From positions 32,001 to 96,000 of IMG/VR virus record IMGVR_UViG_3300030390_002309: a stretch of DNA of 64,000 nucleotides; one strand, given 5' to 3'. Below the pieces are notes generated by a model. That model did no database searches. It saw only the letters and a list, made by a program, of their open reading frames with translations, and had not been told where the DNA came from. The DNA comes from a virus. Made by a program: the position numbers and the translations under genes. Shown one piece after another: positions 1 through 9,124 of this stretch; within the stretch, counting starts at the first letter, position 1, and every line of letters starts with the position of its first letter.

Positions 1-6
1 ATAAAT

Positions 7-1014
7 TTACCAATAACTTTTTTTGCCCTTATCCTGTTCTGGATTAGGTTTTTCTTTATATATATCTTCTTTCGGTGTTGCTAATATCTTTTCATTCTTT
101 TTAATCATTTCTTCTTGGTCTAACATTAACTGATCCTCCTTTACCTTTACTTCTTCTGGAATATCGTCTATTTCTTTTTGTAAAGGAATTTCATTTATAG
201 ATTCGGTATCATCTTCTTTAATCATAGTAAATGCCATATTAGCTGCAACTACCAATGCAATTGCTAATGGGTCGAATACAAATATAATAAGCAATAGAAA
301 CCAGTTAACAACTGTATTCATATCTTGTCCTGTTGTTTCTGCTAAATATTTTAAAGGACCTAATTCTCTCTGATCCTCATTATCTATTTGTTTATCTAAA
401 ATACTTATATCTGTTTTAGATATAGAATCTTCAATCGCCTCTAGCTTATCATTTATAATATTTCTATCACCTAATGTTCTGGCTAATTCATTTTGCAATG
501 CCCTTCTACTCGATGAAGATGTTGTTGTTATCAATTGACCACTTTCTCTATCAACATATTGTACTTGTGCAGGATTCGAAAGAGATATTCTTAAATTTGA
601 AATAGATTTAGTTAATCCTTCTTTTTCATATTTAAGGTCTTGTTTATTCTCTTCAAACCTAATTTGCTTCTGTTGTAATATTGCCAATGATTTATCAAGC
701 AATTCTGATTGAGTTGCAGTTGATTGATAAGCGCCAGATAAAAATCCATATATACCTCCCGATGTTATTATCATAAGTATTAGTGTAGCAATAGATAAAT
801 ATAATCTTAACGCTTTATTTATTGTATCCCAGTATTGATATAATAAAGATGCGACAACTAATTTAGCAAATTCTAATGAACCTGCCATTATTATTACTTG
901 CAAACTTGCGCCTGCGAACAACTTGCTTAATCCAAATACAGAATAAAATGCTGCACTACCAGATACTGATAATGCTGCTAATCCTATTACTATTGGAAAA
1001 AGCATTTTCTTCAT
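7..1014 (-). CDS. Membrane-anchored coiled-coil protein (3 N-terminal TMs, coiled coil, C-terminal TM with FVFDPLA); DUF4407-like
   Basis: Hydrophobic segments flank a long heptad-rich region. Confidence 0.6.
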   Translation of the reverse strand: MKKMLFPIVIGLAALSVSGSAAFYSVFGLSKLFAGASLQVIIMAGSLEFAKLVVASLLYQYWDTINKALRLYLSIATLILMIITSGGIYGFLSGAYQSTATQSELLDKSLAILQQKQIRFEENKQDLKYEKEGLTKSISNLRISLSNPAQVQYVDRESGQLITTTSSSSRRALQNELARTLGDRNIINDKLEAIEDSISKTDISILDKQIDNEDQRELGPLKYLAETTGQDMNTVVNWFLLLIIFVFDPLAIALVVAANMAFTMIKEDDTESINEIPLQKEIDDIPEEVKVKEDQLMLDQEEMIKKNEKILATPKEDIYKEKPNPEQDKGKKSYW

Positions 1015-1188
1015 TTAACTGCCCGATACTCGATCTGTAATTGTTGCTATCTTATGACGAATATTCATGAACCGGTTTCTTGCATCCATTGGGTCTATCT
1101 TCATGCCTCTTTCGATTGATTGGTTCATGATCATAATCATGTTATCCACTTCATCTAAGAGTCTTAATACATTGTCTTTATCTTTCAT
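1015..1188 (-). CDS. Small hypothetical protein (57 aa, MKDKDNVLRLLDEVDNMIM...), not in ORF track
   Basis: Translated by hand; fills the gap exactly between uvsE and the next gene. Confidence 0.65.
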   Translation of the reverse strand: MKDKDNVLRLLDEVDNMIMIMNQSIERGMKIDPMDARNRFMNIRHKIATITDRVSGS

Positions 1189-2180
1189 AGTAAAACTTCT
1201 TTTTTATTATTATTATTTTTATACGCATAAATATTGCGATATTCTAAAAGTGCCAACTCTTTTGCTTTGGCTTCTATTACAATATCTAGATCTAGCCCGT
1301 ACGTCTCAATCTCATCACGTATATAATCTGAATGAGCTTGTGCTCTAATCGTAGGGTCTTGAAACTCTCTTGCTCTACTTTCTGAATAATGTGTACATTG
1401 TCTAATACCTTCAGGCCATGTAGTTGCGGCTAATTTTAATGCTTGTTCTTCTGATAATTCATCTGGGTGAAATGTATGGTGATGATAGTCGAATGTGATT
1501 GGGATGCCAATCTCTTTATGGAAGTACTCATAAATCATCTTTGTCGACCACATACTAGGTTTGTCATCATTTTCTAATACTAAACGCTTTTTACAATTAT
1601 CAGATAATCTATGCCAACCTGCAATCCATCTTTTTGCAGTACCTACAAAGTCGCCACCATATGAGCCACCAACATGAATATTAATTTTATTTTCAAATGA
1701 TGGTTCAAATCCCATAATATCAAATGTTTCAGAATGTCGTTCTAGACTTATAATTGTACGTTCTACAACATCTAATTTAGGAGAACCTAATACATTAAAT
1801 GGTCCAGGATGAGTTGTAATACGTATACCATTCTTACGTGCATAGTCACCACATTCTAATAACTTTTTTGCTATTTCATTGAACTGCGGAAGTTGATGTA
1901 ACTCATATTGGTCATGCCATGGAAATAATTCAGAACCTAATCTAAATACTTTTATCTTATGTTCATTGTTCCATTCAAGGTAATGTAATAAGTCATTTGC
2001 ATTTAATAAAGTCCTTTCACCTAATAAATGTAAGTCCCAATCTTTAGGGTCTTCAGATCCTTTTTTCCAAGTTACCTTTCTAGCGGTTCTTGATGTTGTA
2101 ATTCTACCACCGGCCTTTTTTGGACGGTTAGTTAATGTCATGTTGACACATGCATATCCTAATCTCATTTTTTTGTTCAT
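1185..2180 (-). CDS. uvsE: UV DNA damage repair endonuclease UvsE/UVDE
   Basis: MRLGYAC start, FRLGSELFP, THPG, IHVGG, LVLENDD, FDYHHH, HYSES, AHSDY and EAKAKE motifs. Confidence 0.93.
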   Translation of the reverse strand: MNKKMRLGYACVNMTLTNRPKKAGGRITTSRTARKVTWKKGSEDPKDWDLHLLGERTLLNANDLLHYLEWNNEHKIKVFRLGSELFPWHDQYELHQLPQFNEIAKKLLECGDYARKNGIRITTHPGPFNVLGSPKLDVVERTIISLERHSETFDIMGFEPSFENKINIHVGGSYGGDFVGTAKRWIAGWHRLSDNCKKRLVLENDDKPSMWSTKMIYEYFHKEIGIPITFDYHHHTFHPDELSEEQALKLAATTWPEGIRQCTHYSESRAREFQDPTIRAQAHSDYIRDEIETYGLDLDIVIEAKAKELALLEYRNIYAYKNNNNKKEVLL

Positions 2181-2183
2181 ATA

Positions 2184-2215
2184 TTAATATAATAAATTTA
2201 TCTCGTAATTCCTAA
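2184..2215 (-). promoter_or_regulatory. Bacteroidota sigmaA-type promoter (TTAG-N20-TATATTAA)
   Basis: Member of the 18-copy family; directly upstream of uvsE. Confidence 0.6.
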
Positions 2216-3507
2216 ACATTTCTCCCATTTTCAAAAACATGTTTAACGGTCGGGAACCGTAAACTTAATTCTCCTTTCTGATTTTTTGTCTCTTCAAAGT
2301 ATTGAACGGTAATTTCTTTTCCAACAATTAAATCTGGATTAGCATTATATTTAATTCTTTGCTCTTGATTCCATCCTGACCCAACTGCTACTTCATATCC
2401 TTTATGACTAATATATGCTTGAGCCATCATTGGAATAACAACTTCTTTACCTTCTCTAATAACTCTATGGTCTTCAAAGTCGATACTTTCTACTACATAT
2501 TCTGCATCAAAGAATTTTTTAACCTTCAATAAGTTTTGAGACCTCTTACCTTCATACCCAACATTTTTTCTTAACATAACTCCTTCATGACCATCTTTCT
2601 CTGCATCTGCTTTTAATTTTGCAAAATAGTCATCTCCAGAAACTACATGTTGATCTAAAACACTTAAGCACGAATTATTTTCTAAATGCAAAATATGTTT
2701 TCCAAATCTAGCAATTCTCATTGTCAATGTTGTTTCACTTTCTTTTGCATTAAATTCATTTAAGGTTAAGTAATCAAACATTACATATTTAGGATTAGTA
2801 ATTGTATGATTCTTTCTTTTGATTTGTTTCATTATACCTTGAAAATCTTCATTACCATTTTCATCCATTAAACAAATCTCTCCATCAAACACAACTCCTA
2901 CAACACCTAATTTTTTAATAGCATCTTTAACTACCTGTAATGTTTCAAATTCATTACCTACTCTAGAATATGATTTTACATTACCTTGATAATCAACTAT
3001 TGTTAAACATCTTACGCCATCTAATTTTCTAGATGCTAACCATATATCATCCCAATCAACTCTCTTTGGGTCAAATTTATTTGCTAATGCTACATCAAAG
3101 GTTGGAACTAAATTTGGAATAACCTTATTAATAACCGATTCAGATGCTCTAATTTCTAAATTCCTATCTATAATAGAGAAAATTAAATCTTCATATTCAT
3201 TATATTCGGCTACAAATGCATTAACCATTGCAATTGCATCATGGCCGGTAAACACTCTATTATTAAGATCATCGAATAAATCAAATATATCATCATAATT
3301 TGAATTCATATCACATAAATCTGCATTCTTTTTGCAATTCTTACTGGTCAAATAATACTTTTTATATGGGTCTAAGGCATAATTTAAAGCCTTTTTAATG
3401 AACTTATCTTCCTTAATGGTATCAATAATAACCTTTTTCTCATTAAGAGAACTGGTATTCTTCATATTATTAACAAAATCTTGGAGTTTTTCTAGGTTTT
3501 TCTTCAT
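2212..3507 (-). CDS. lig: ATP-dependent DNA ligase
   Basis: KLDGVRC motif I, FDGEI, EGVMLR, LLKVKKF, VGSG and SLRFP motifs. Confidence 0.93.
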   Translation of the reverse strand: MKKNLEKLQDFVNNMKNTSSLNEKKVIIDTIKEDKFIKKALNYALDPYKKYYLTSKNCKKNADLCDMNSNYDDIFDLFDDLNNRVFTGHDAIAMVNAFVAEYNEYEDLIFSIIDRNLEIRASESVINKVIPNLVPTFDVALANKFDPKRVDWDDIWLASRKLDGVRCLTIVDYQGNVKSYSRVGNEFETLQVVKDAIKKLGVVGVVFDGEICLMDENGNEDFQGIMKQIKRKNHTITNPKYVMFDYLTLNEFNAKESETTLTMRIARFGKHILHLENNSCLSVLDQHVVSGDDYFAKLKADAEKDGHEGVMLRKNVGYEGKRSQNLLKVKKFFDAEYVVESIDFEDHRVIREGKEVVIPMMAQAYISHKGYEVAVGSGWNQEQRIKYNANPDLIVGKEITVQYFEETKNQKGELSLRFPTVKHVFENGRNV

Positions 3508-3538
3508 ATCTTATGGTTTTTATTTAATATCTTATATA

Positions 3539-3570
3539 TAAAGATAAGGATAATATCCCTAATAACCTAA
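3539..3570 (-). promoter_or_regulatory. Early promoter (TTAG-N20-TATCTTTA)
   Basis: Repeat family member upstream of the ligase. Confidence 0.7.
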
Positions 3571-3665
3571 TCTTTTTGAAGCTTTTTTACATAAATGTTA
3601 ACTTAATCTTTTCTTAATCATTACATAATATGGTTTAGTTAGTGACATGTTATTTATATATGAAT

Positions 3666-3740
3666 ATGAAACGTAAAATAGACATATCTAGCATATTATA
3701 TATTGCCATAATGATCATGGTATTTGCATTAGCAATCTAA
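3666..3740 (+). CDS. Possible 24-aa hydrophobic peptide MKRKIDISSILYIAIMIMVFALAI
   Basis: Basic N-terminus plus single TM; TATTTATA at 3651 upstream; sits in an otherwise empty gap. Confidence 0.3.
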   Translation: MKRKIDISSILYIAIMIMVFALAI

Positions 3741-3964
3741 GGTTTTTGCTTTACATTACCTTTTTGGTTATCCCATGAAATGATTTCAGCTTCTTGAAGT
3801 GTTTCACAACAATAAAAATACCCATCCTTCTTTAATAAAGTATCAGATTGAGTCCATCCCTTAAGGTCTTGTTGATTAAAGTCTGGCTTTAGTTTAGATA
3901 CCTTGATAATACGTTTAACTAAGTATTTGTTTCCGTTATAATCTATAAATTTATGATTGATCAT
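3737..3964 (-). CDS. Hypothetical protein
   Basis: ORF in co-oriented gene string. Confidence 0.7.
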   Translation of the reverse strand: MINHKFIDYNGNKYLVKRIIKVSKLKPDFNQQDLKGWTQSDTLLKKDGYFYCCETLQEAEIISWDNQKGNVKQKP

Positions 3965-3972
3965 TGATATAT

Positions 3973-4377
3973 TTAATTACTACAAATAGGATCTACTTTA
4001 CCTATAATATCATATACTCGTAAATACTTGTATATGTCAAACTCTGTTTTCTTTTCTTTTACTTTTTGTAATAACATGCCATCGTTCCATAATTTTTCAA
4101 CAAACCTTTTTATTGCTGCTAAACTATTAGAATTGATATGTAATTTATTTGGAAATTCTGTTACAGATAATCTATATGGTCCTACCTCATAATCCGTTAC
4201 TTGAATTGCTGGTGGAGATGTTACCCATTTTTCTGTTAGTTTTGAAACTTGTTTTATAACAGCTGCTTCGGTACCTATTTGTATTGCATCAAATAAAAAT
4301 TCAACTTTATCTAAATCATCTAATGCTACAAATAAATCAAAATCGTCTTCCAGTATTTCGAGTTCATTTAGTTTCAT
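3973..4377 (-). CDS. Hypothetical protein
   Basis: ORF coupled to its upstream neighbour. Confidence 0.7.
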   Translation of the reverse strand: MKLNELEILEDDFDLFVALDDLDKVEFLFDAIQIGTEAAVIKQVSKLTEKWVTSPPAIQVTDYEVGPYRLSVTEFPNKLHINSNSLAAIKRFVEKLWNDGMLLQKVKEKKTEFDIYKYLRVYDIIGKVDPICSN

Positions 4378-4574
4378 TAGCCTAGTAGTAAATTTTTATT
4401 ATTTTGATTTGTCTGAATTTCTCTTACATCAAATAGATTATTAAACTGATTTAATGATAATTTTTTAACACCAGCAAAGTACGCAACTGCCTGGTTTTTA
4501 GAAGGCATCTCAATTAAACTAATATGATGTCTTCCCTCGTTTGTTCCCTTCGTGTACATTCCAAATTTTGACAT
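4377..4574 (-). CDS. Hypothetical protein
   Basis: ORF preceded by ATATTTAT motif and AAGGA. Confidence 0.7.
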   Translation of the reverse strand: MSKFGMYTKGTNEGRHHISLIEMPSKNQAVAYFAGVKKLSLNQFNNLFDVREIQTNQNNKNLLLG

Positions 4575-4609
4575 ATTGTTCCTTTTATATAAATATCATA
4601 ATCATCAAC

Positions 4610-4834
4610 CTAGGTTGACTGATAATTGTTAATCTTAAACTCTATCTTATCTATAGTACTTTTTTTATTATAAGGCAAAGTGGTCATTAACAAATCAACT
4701 TCTTCGGCCAATGTTCCTGATAATATTAAAGCATCTACTCCCTGTGTATACCATTTTAAAACAGCATCAACTCCACCATTACGGTAGAGCCTGATTACCT
4801 GTTCATCATTGATATGTCGTTTATGAAATCCCAT
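4610..4834 (-). CDS. Hypothetical protein (MGFHKRHI start)
   Basis: ORF, stop/start coupling. Confidence 0.7.
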   Translation of the reverse strand: MGFHKRHINDEQVIRLYRNGGVDAVLKWYTQGVDALILSGTLAEEVDLLMTTLPYNKKSTIDKIEFKINNYQST

Positions 4835-5097
4835 TAACGCATCATGCCCATCTTATATTTTCTATTAACAATATCCTTCGAAGAATTCATTGTTCTAGCA
4901 ATCATATCTAATTCTTGATATGTTACTTCAAATGATCTACTACCAATATGTAACTTACCTACTACCGGTGTTTCATTTGTTTCAAAATTATGTGCAGTTA
5001 AATTATCGTTAATTTCAAAATCAATCGTTCCATATAGTTTTCCAAATTTTTGAACTTTCTTTTGATCGTACTGTGCCGTATTGTTTACGTATCCCAT
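4834..5097 (-). CDS. Hypothetical protein
   Basis: ORF, coupling. Confidence 0.7.
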   Translation of the reverse strand: MGYVNNTAQYDQKKVQKFGKLYGTIDFEINDNLTAHNFETNETPVVGKLHIGSRSFEVTYQELDMIARTMNSSKDIVNRKYKMGMMR

Positions 5098-5101
5098 GTC
5101 T

Positions 5102-5920
5102 TTAGTTTTTATAAATTATTAATGTAAATATATCATTTGAAAATGTATGGTCTAATGCTACATTTCCAAATTGTTCTTGTGCCCAATTAAATACTGTCCC
5201 AGCATTATAATTAGTAAGACCATCCTCTATTTTTGTTATATCAGAAGCAAGTAATATTACACTTCCTTTTTCACAATGTTTCATCATTGCTGTAATTGTA
5301 TCTTGAAGATATTTCATGTCATCACGAACCGTATCTCCATCATATCTTAAATTATTTGAGCCTATATTAATAGACCAATCTTGTTTAAGATCATCATCTA
5401 ATTTAAACCAATCTTCACTACGAAGTTCAACCTCATTTTCATATACCTTTTTGCCGGCATCTATCAATTGTTGATTCATATCAATACCAATATAGTCTAA
5501 TGTTTCGTTATATTCTTGTTCATAGAATCTTTCAAAATCTCCTCTAGCACAGCCAAAATCTAAAACACTATCTTCTTCACTAATATAATTAGAGATGATA
5601 CGATAAGTATCCCATTGTTGTTCTCGATTTTCATATCCTACAGCCTCTGATGAATACTCTAAATATTCTGGGTCTATACTTGCTTGATCATTCATTTCAG
5701 AAACCTCTTCTTTAGTAGGTTCAATTTCTTCCATTTCTAAATCAACTTCTTCATAATGTAATCCATCATTTCCATTTTGACCAATCACATTCATTCGTTG
5801 TTCTGCATCTGATTCTAGATTATTATCTGTCAATTCGAGGTTCGTACCCTCTAGTTCCTTATTGTCCATTACTGGATCTGGATTCTTTTTCATAAGTAAT
5901 TTTTTTAATTTATTTAACAC
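5102..5920 (-). CDS. Class I SAM-dependent methyltransferase with acidic N-terminal extension (start uncertain: GTG 5920 or ATG 5893)
   Basis: SVLDFGCARGD motif I, YIGIDMN motif II. Confidence 0.8.
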   Translation of the reverse strand: MLNKLKKLLMKKNPDPVMDNKELEGTNLELTDNNLESDAEQRMNVIGQNGNDGLHYEEVDLEMEEIEPTKEEVSEMNDQASIDPEYLEYSSEAVGYENREQQWDTYRIISNYISEEDSVLDFGCARGDFERFYEQEYNETLDYIGIDMNQQLIDAGKKVYENEVELRSEDWFKLDDDLKQDWSINIGSNNLRYDGDTVRDDMKYLQDTITAMMKHCEKGSVILLASDITKIEDGLTNYNAGTVFNWAQEQFGNVALDHTFSNDIFTLIIYKN

Positions 5921-6191
5921 GTCTTCCTCTCTTTTTTCGTTTATGTATTCTTTGCAATTTACTTTCAACATCTGAGAGGTCCATTCTTGCAGGATGAGCT
6001 CTATTAAAGTTTTGCGTTAACCTACATGACATTGCAGCATGTTCCCATGCTACATCATCATTATTGGTACGCGGCATATAGAACTCTGCTGCTAAGAATT
6101 TATCTCCGTTCATTACTCGTACTCCATCCGTACTCTGTTCTACATATGCATTCGGATATTGTTTAAGTACTTTCTTTTGAAATTTATTCAT
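5910..6191 (-). CDS. Hypothetical protein (likely start MNKFQKK at 6191)
   Basis: Start re-picked to avoid overlap with the upstream gene. Confidence 0.65.
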   Translation of the reverse strand: MNKFQKKVLKQYPNAYVEQSTDGVRVMNGDKFLAAEFYMPRTNNDDVAWEHAAMSCRLTQNFNRAHPARMDLSDVESKLQRIHKRKKRGRRVK

Positions 6192-6192
6192 A

Positions 6193-6612
6193 TTAATATG
6201 ACCTAGGTCCTTGCGTCGGAAATATAAAATCATTTCTTTTTTCAATTTGCTGAACTGATACATTTGGTGATACATTTTCTCCATCAAACCATAATTCAAT
6301 ATTCTCAGCATAATTTGCTCTCGTATGGCCTACACCATCCTTTGCAAATAATTTAGTAGGTTCAACATCTCCAACTTCTGCTGCCCCATTCCATATACTT
6401 GTTAGATTAGAATCAATTAACGCATATGATTCAGAAAACTTATTCTTAGCTTTATCTACTGATACTAATAAGAATCCTTGACCCTTTTCACTTCTTAAGT
6501 CATAGAATACCTTTGAGTCTACTGATCTAACATTTGTTATAACTCCTACTTGAGCAACTCCTTCTGTCTTAAAGACAACCTTATCATCTATTTCATATCT
6601 CACTTTACTCAT
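6193..6612 (-). CDS. Hypothetical protein with SH3/KOW-like N-terminus
   Basis: YEIDDKVVF...GVITNV...YDL beta pattern. Confidence 0.6.
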   Translation of the reverse strand: MSKVRYEIDDKVVFKTEGVAQVGVITNVRSVDSKVFYDLRSEKGQGFLLVSVDKAKNKFSESYALIDSNLTSIWNGAAEVGDVEPTKLFAKDGVGHTRANYAENIELWFDGENVSPNVSVQQIEKRNDFIFPTQGPRSY

Positions 6613-6613
6613 C

Positions 6614-6826
6614 TTAAACGTTTTTAGAATTATTAATTACTTTACAGATTTGAGATGAACTAACTGACTTAACTTCAAATTCAACTCCGTCATTTTTAAA
6701 ATCTTCAACTACTAATGCTTCTGCATGAGTAACTGATACTGCATTAACTAAATACGTCTCCGTTTGCCATTTAACTCCCTTAGGTGTATCGGTTGCAATC
6801 TTTACCTTACTTACATAATAACTCAT
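6614..6826 (-). CDS. DUF4494-like protein (Bacteroidota-type)
   Basis: ETYLVNAVSVTHAEA motif. Confidence 0.7.
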   Translation of the reverse strand: MSYYVSKVKIATDTPKGVKWQTETYLVNAVSVTHAEALVVEDFKNDGVEFEVKSVSSSQICKVINNSKNV

Positions 6827-6854
6827 AATTTTTATTTTTTTAATTTATATTAAT

Positions 6855-6886
6855 TTAATATAAGGACTTTTTTTCAAAGATCCTAA
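6855..6886 (-). promoter_or_regulatory. sigmaA-type promoter (TTAG-N20-TATATTAA)
   Basis: Repeat family member. Confidence 0.6.
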
Positions 6887-6902
6887 TTTTTTTACAACTT
6901 TT

Positions 6903-7208
6903 TTAAATAGATTCATTATACATTGCATTATCCAATTCTGCCGAACATTCTATATTTGGAGTATTGGTTGCAAAATATATAAACTTATCTCTACCATATT
7001 TAATAGCATTTGAAGGCCATTCTATTCTATCAATTAAGCCTTTCTTAACACCTCTTCGTAACATGGTTGCATATTTATGATTGGCTTGCAATTTATTGTT
7101 ATTTCGGTCATAACCAAATGCTGCTTTATTAATTTCATTTTCGGTCATAGGTCCTATTCTTTTTAAGACATCTACCATTTCATGAACTGAGTTTCTCTCT
7201 TTTGTCAT
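6903..7208 (-). CDS. Hypothetical protein, possible winged-helix DNA-binding fold
   Basis: GPMTENEI...LRRGVKKGLIDR pattern. Confidence 0.55.
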   Translation of the reverse strand: MTKERNSVHEMVDVLKRIGPMTENEINKAAFGYDRNNNKLQANHKYATMLRRGVKKGLIDRIEWPSNAIKYGRDKFIYFATNTPNIECSAELDNAMYNESI

Positions 7209-7267
7209 TTTTTATTTATTAATTTTAGATCAATTTAAGGCTTGATCTTTAACCTTTTTATTATATA

Positions 7268-7299
7268 TAAAGATAAGGAATATATTTCATATAACCTAA
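7268..7299 (-). promoter_or_regulatory. Early promoter (TTAG-N20-TATCTTTA)
   Basis: Repeat family member. Confidence 0.7.
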
Positions 7300-7319
7300 T
7301 CTTTTTGAAGCTTTTTTAA

Positions 7320-7727
7320 TTATATTTGTTCACTATAATCATGCTTCTGCCAATCAAATCCTATCATCATTTTAGATGTTCTAGGAACAATATCTTCAAA
7401 GCATAAGTAACTATACTCTTCATGTAATTGCCAATTAGCACAATCATTTAATGCAATGATGCCTTGCTCTCTAACATCTATTAATTCATATCCATCACCA
7501 TAACCGAATCCTGTAATACATTCTACTAGTTTTCTAAGGTCCTTTTCTCCTTTATCCATTCCACCATTAGCAGCAAAGTTGCCTATAGCTCTTTGATAAG
7601 CGCCATATATCTTTTCTGCTACATTGATTCTCATCTCTTCAGCAATCTTATCATTATGTTTATACATTGCCGTTGAATGTGGCTTTGTAATTTCGATTCC
7701 GTACTTAATTTGGTTTTTCTTTTTCAT
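7320..7727 (-). CDS. Hypothetical early protein
   Basis: ORF with its own promoter. Confidence 0.7.
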   Translation of the reverse strand: MKKKNQIKYGIEITKPHSTAMYKHNDKIAEEMRINVAEKIYGAYQRAIGNFAANGGMDKGEKDLRKLVECITGFGYGDGYELIDVREQGIIALNDCANWQLHEEYSYLCFEDIVPRTSKMMIGFDWQKHDYSEQI

Positions 7728-7751
7728 ATCTATTACTTTTTTATTTATATA

Positions 7752-7783
7752 TAAAGATAAGAAATATATTTCAATTAGGCAAA
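7752..7783 (-). promoter_or_regulatory. Early promoter (TTTG-N20-TATCTTTA)
   Basis: Closest match to the Bacteroidota -33 TTTG / -7 TAnnTTTG consensus. Confidence 0.75.
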
Positions 7784-7815
7784 TCTTTTACCAAAAATGT
7801 TTAGAAAAAGTTAAC

Positions 7816-7844
7816 AAAAGGAAAGACGCATTAAGCGCCTTTCC
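7816..7844 (-). terminator. Intrinsic terminator
   Basis: GGAAAGGCGC-ttaat-GCGTCTTTCC followed by TTTTG, just after the 7859 gene. Confidence 0.75.
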
Positions 7845-7858
7845 AATTATATATAAAA

Positions 7859-8083
7859 CTACTTCTTTACAAAGAATGATGCAACGATCACTAATACAAC
7901 TAAACCTACAAACCCACCATTACCTAGTGAAGTTACAAGTGCTGATAAATTAGCAATTACATCCATTCCAAATACTGAACCACCTGTTAAGATAGTCCAA
8001 AGAATTGTTACCGGTAATACAGCCATCATGATAGTCATTAGACCACCAAAAAATCCTGTAATGTATTTAATAATACTTTCCAT
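7859..8083 (-). CDS. Small two-TM membrane protein
   Basis: Very hydrophobic; GAGG SD-like element. Confidence 0.75.
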   Translation of the reverse strand: MESIIKYITGFFGGLMTIMMAVLPVTILWTILTGGSVFGMDVIANLSALVTSLGNGGFVGLVVLVIVASFFVKK

Positions 8084-8113
8084 AATAATTTCCTCTTTTA
8101 TTTGTTGTTATTT

Positions 8114-8148
8114 GACACTATTGTCGAATCGGGGTGTTTAGAGAGATC
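8114..8148 (-). promoter_or_regulatory. Downstream arm of a putative long-range RNA structure plus GACA-ATAG-TGTC hairpin
   Basis: GATCTCTCTAA is complementary to 8622-8632; CACCC is complementary to the hairpin loop at 8643-8648. Confidence 0.5.
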
Positions 8149-8159
8149 GCTTATTTTTA

Positions 8160-8570
8160 TTAGAATTTAAGACCGAAACCTAACCCTAAGTTAGTTGTCT
8201 TATCTTCTGTATTATAAACGATTCTTGGATCTACAAACACATTCTTATGTATTGTAAACATCCTACCTACTCCGAGACTCAATGTCTCAGTATCAAATCC
8301 ATTTGCTGAAGCATATGCAAAATATCCTTTGTAGAAATATCTTGCATGAAGATCTATCTCCATATCAACAGTTGAATCCATTTGTGAAATTGCTAAACCT
8401 ATCATTAGGTTATCATTAATTCCATATCCTACAGTTGGACTAACTGCCCATTCTGTCCAGGATACGTTGCTTATATCACTAGCACCTACGTACCAGTCAC
8501 CTTTCGTTTGCGCGTCAGATGCAACAACTGTTGCAAATATTAACGCTATTGTTAAAATCAAATTTTTCAT
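8160..8570 (-). CDS. Small outer-membrane beta-barrel protein with signal peptide
   Basis: Sec signal, AQTKGDWYVG, alternating beta strands, C-terminal LGLGFGLKF BAM signal. Confidence 0.8.
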   Translation of the reverse strand: MKNLILTIALIFATVVASDAQTKGDWYVGASDISNVSWTEWAVSPTVGYGINDNLMIGLAISQMDSTVDMEIDLHARYFYKGYFAYASANGFDTETLSLGVGRMFTIHKNVFVDPRIVYNTEDKTTNLGLGFGLKF

Positions 8571-8597
8571 AATTATTTTTCTCCTTTATTATATTGT

Positions 8598-8656
8598 GCC
8601 ACTATTGGCTTTTACCTTAAGGATCTCTCTAATTATACGCTACACCCATAGCGTAT
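8598..8656 (-). promoter_or_regulatory. Structured 5' leader of the OMP gene
   Basis: ATACGCTA-tgggtg-TAGCGTAT hairpin, TTAGAGAGATC arm, GCCA-ATAG-TGGC hairpin upstream of AAGGAG. Confidence 0.5.
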
Positions 8657-8686
8657 TTCTTAATACCTTTTTACTTATTATTATTA

Positions 8687-8718
8687 TTAATATATAAAAA
8701 CTATTTCGTAAAACCTAA
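8687..8718 (-). promoter_or_regulatory. sigmaA-type promoter (TTAG-N20-TATATTAA)
   Basis: Repeat family member ~115 nt upstream of the OMP start. Confidence 0.55.
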
Positions 8719-8725
8719 TAAAACT

Positions 8726-9124
8726 TTAAAATTGTTTTGGTATTGGCTGACTTCTTCTGCCGCCCTTTTCTCGTAAACCTTCTAATTGCTGTGCAATCTC
8801 TATTTCTGCTTTGATTTGAAGCATAAGGACTCCCTTATCTTCAAACACTCCTTCGAGTGACTTATATTTGTTGTAACTATTAGTATCACCTGCAGACGCA
8901 TCTTGTGCCGTCTTAAGTGCTCCTTCTATTCTTGTTGCTATTTCTGTTCTTAATGATGACCTATTCATTGTCCCAAATCCAACGATATGAATCTCTGGAT
9001 CTATTGGGTCAAAGTCTTCTGCATCAAGCAGTCCACCATATTTGTAAGTTCTTTCGTTAAGTACCGAATCAACTTCTTCCCTAACTAAACCTCTTATTCT
9101 ATTTGCTAAATCTTGTTTGTCCAT
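8726..9124 (-). CDS. Hypothetical protein, putative virion/head cargo (IRGLVREEVDSVLNE)
   Basis: N-terminal E-rich motif shared with other late proteins. Confidence 0.65.
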   Translation of the reverse strand: MDKQDLANRIRGLVREEVDSVLNERTYKYGGLLDAEDFDPIDPEIHIVGFGTMNRSSLRTEIATRIEGALKTAQDASAGDTNSYNKYKSLEGVFEDKGVLMLQIKAEIEIAQQLEGLREKGGRRSQPIPKQF

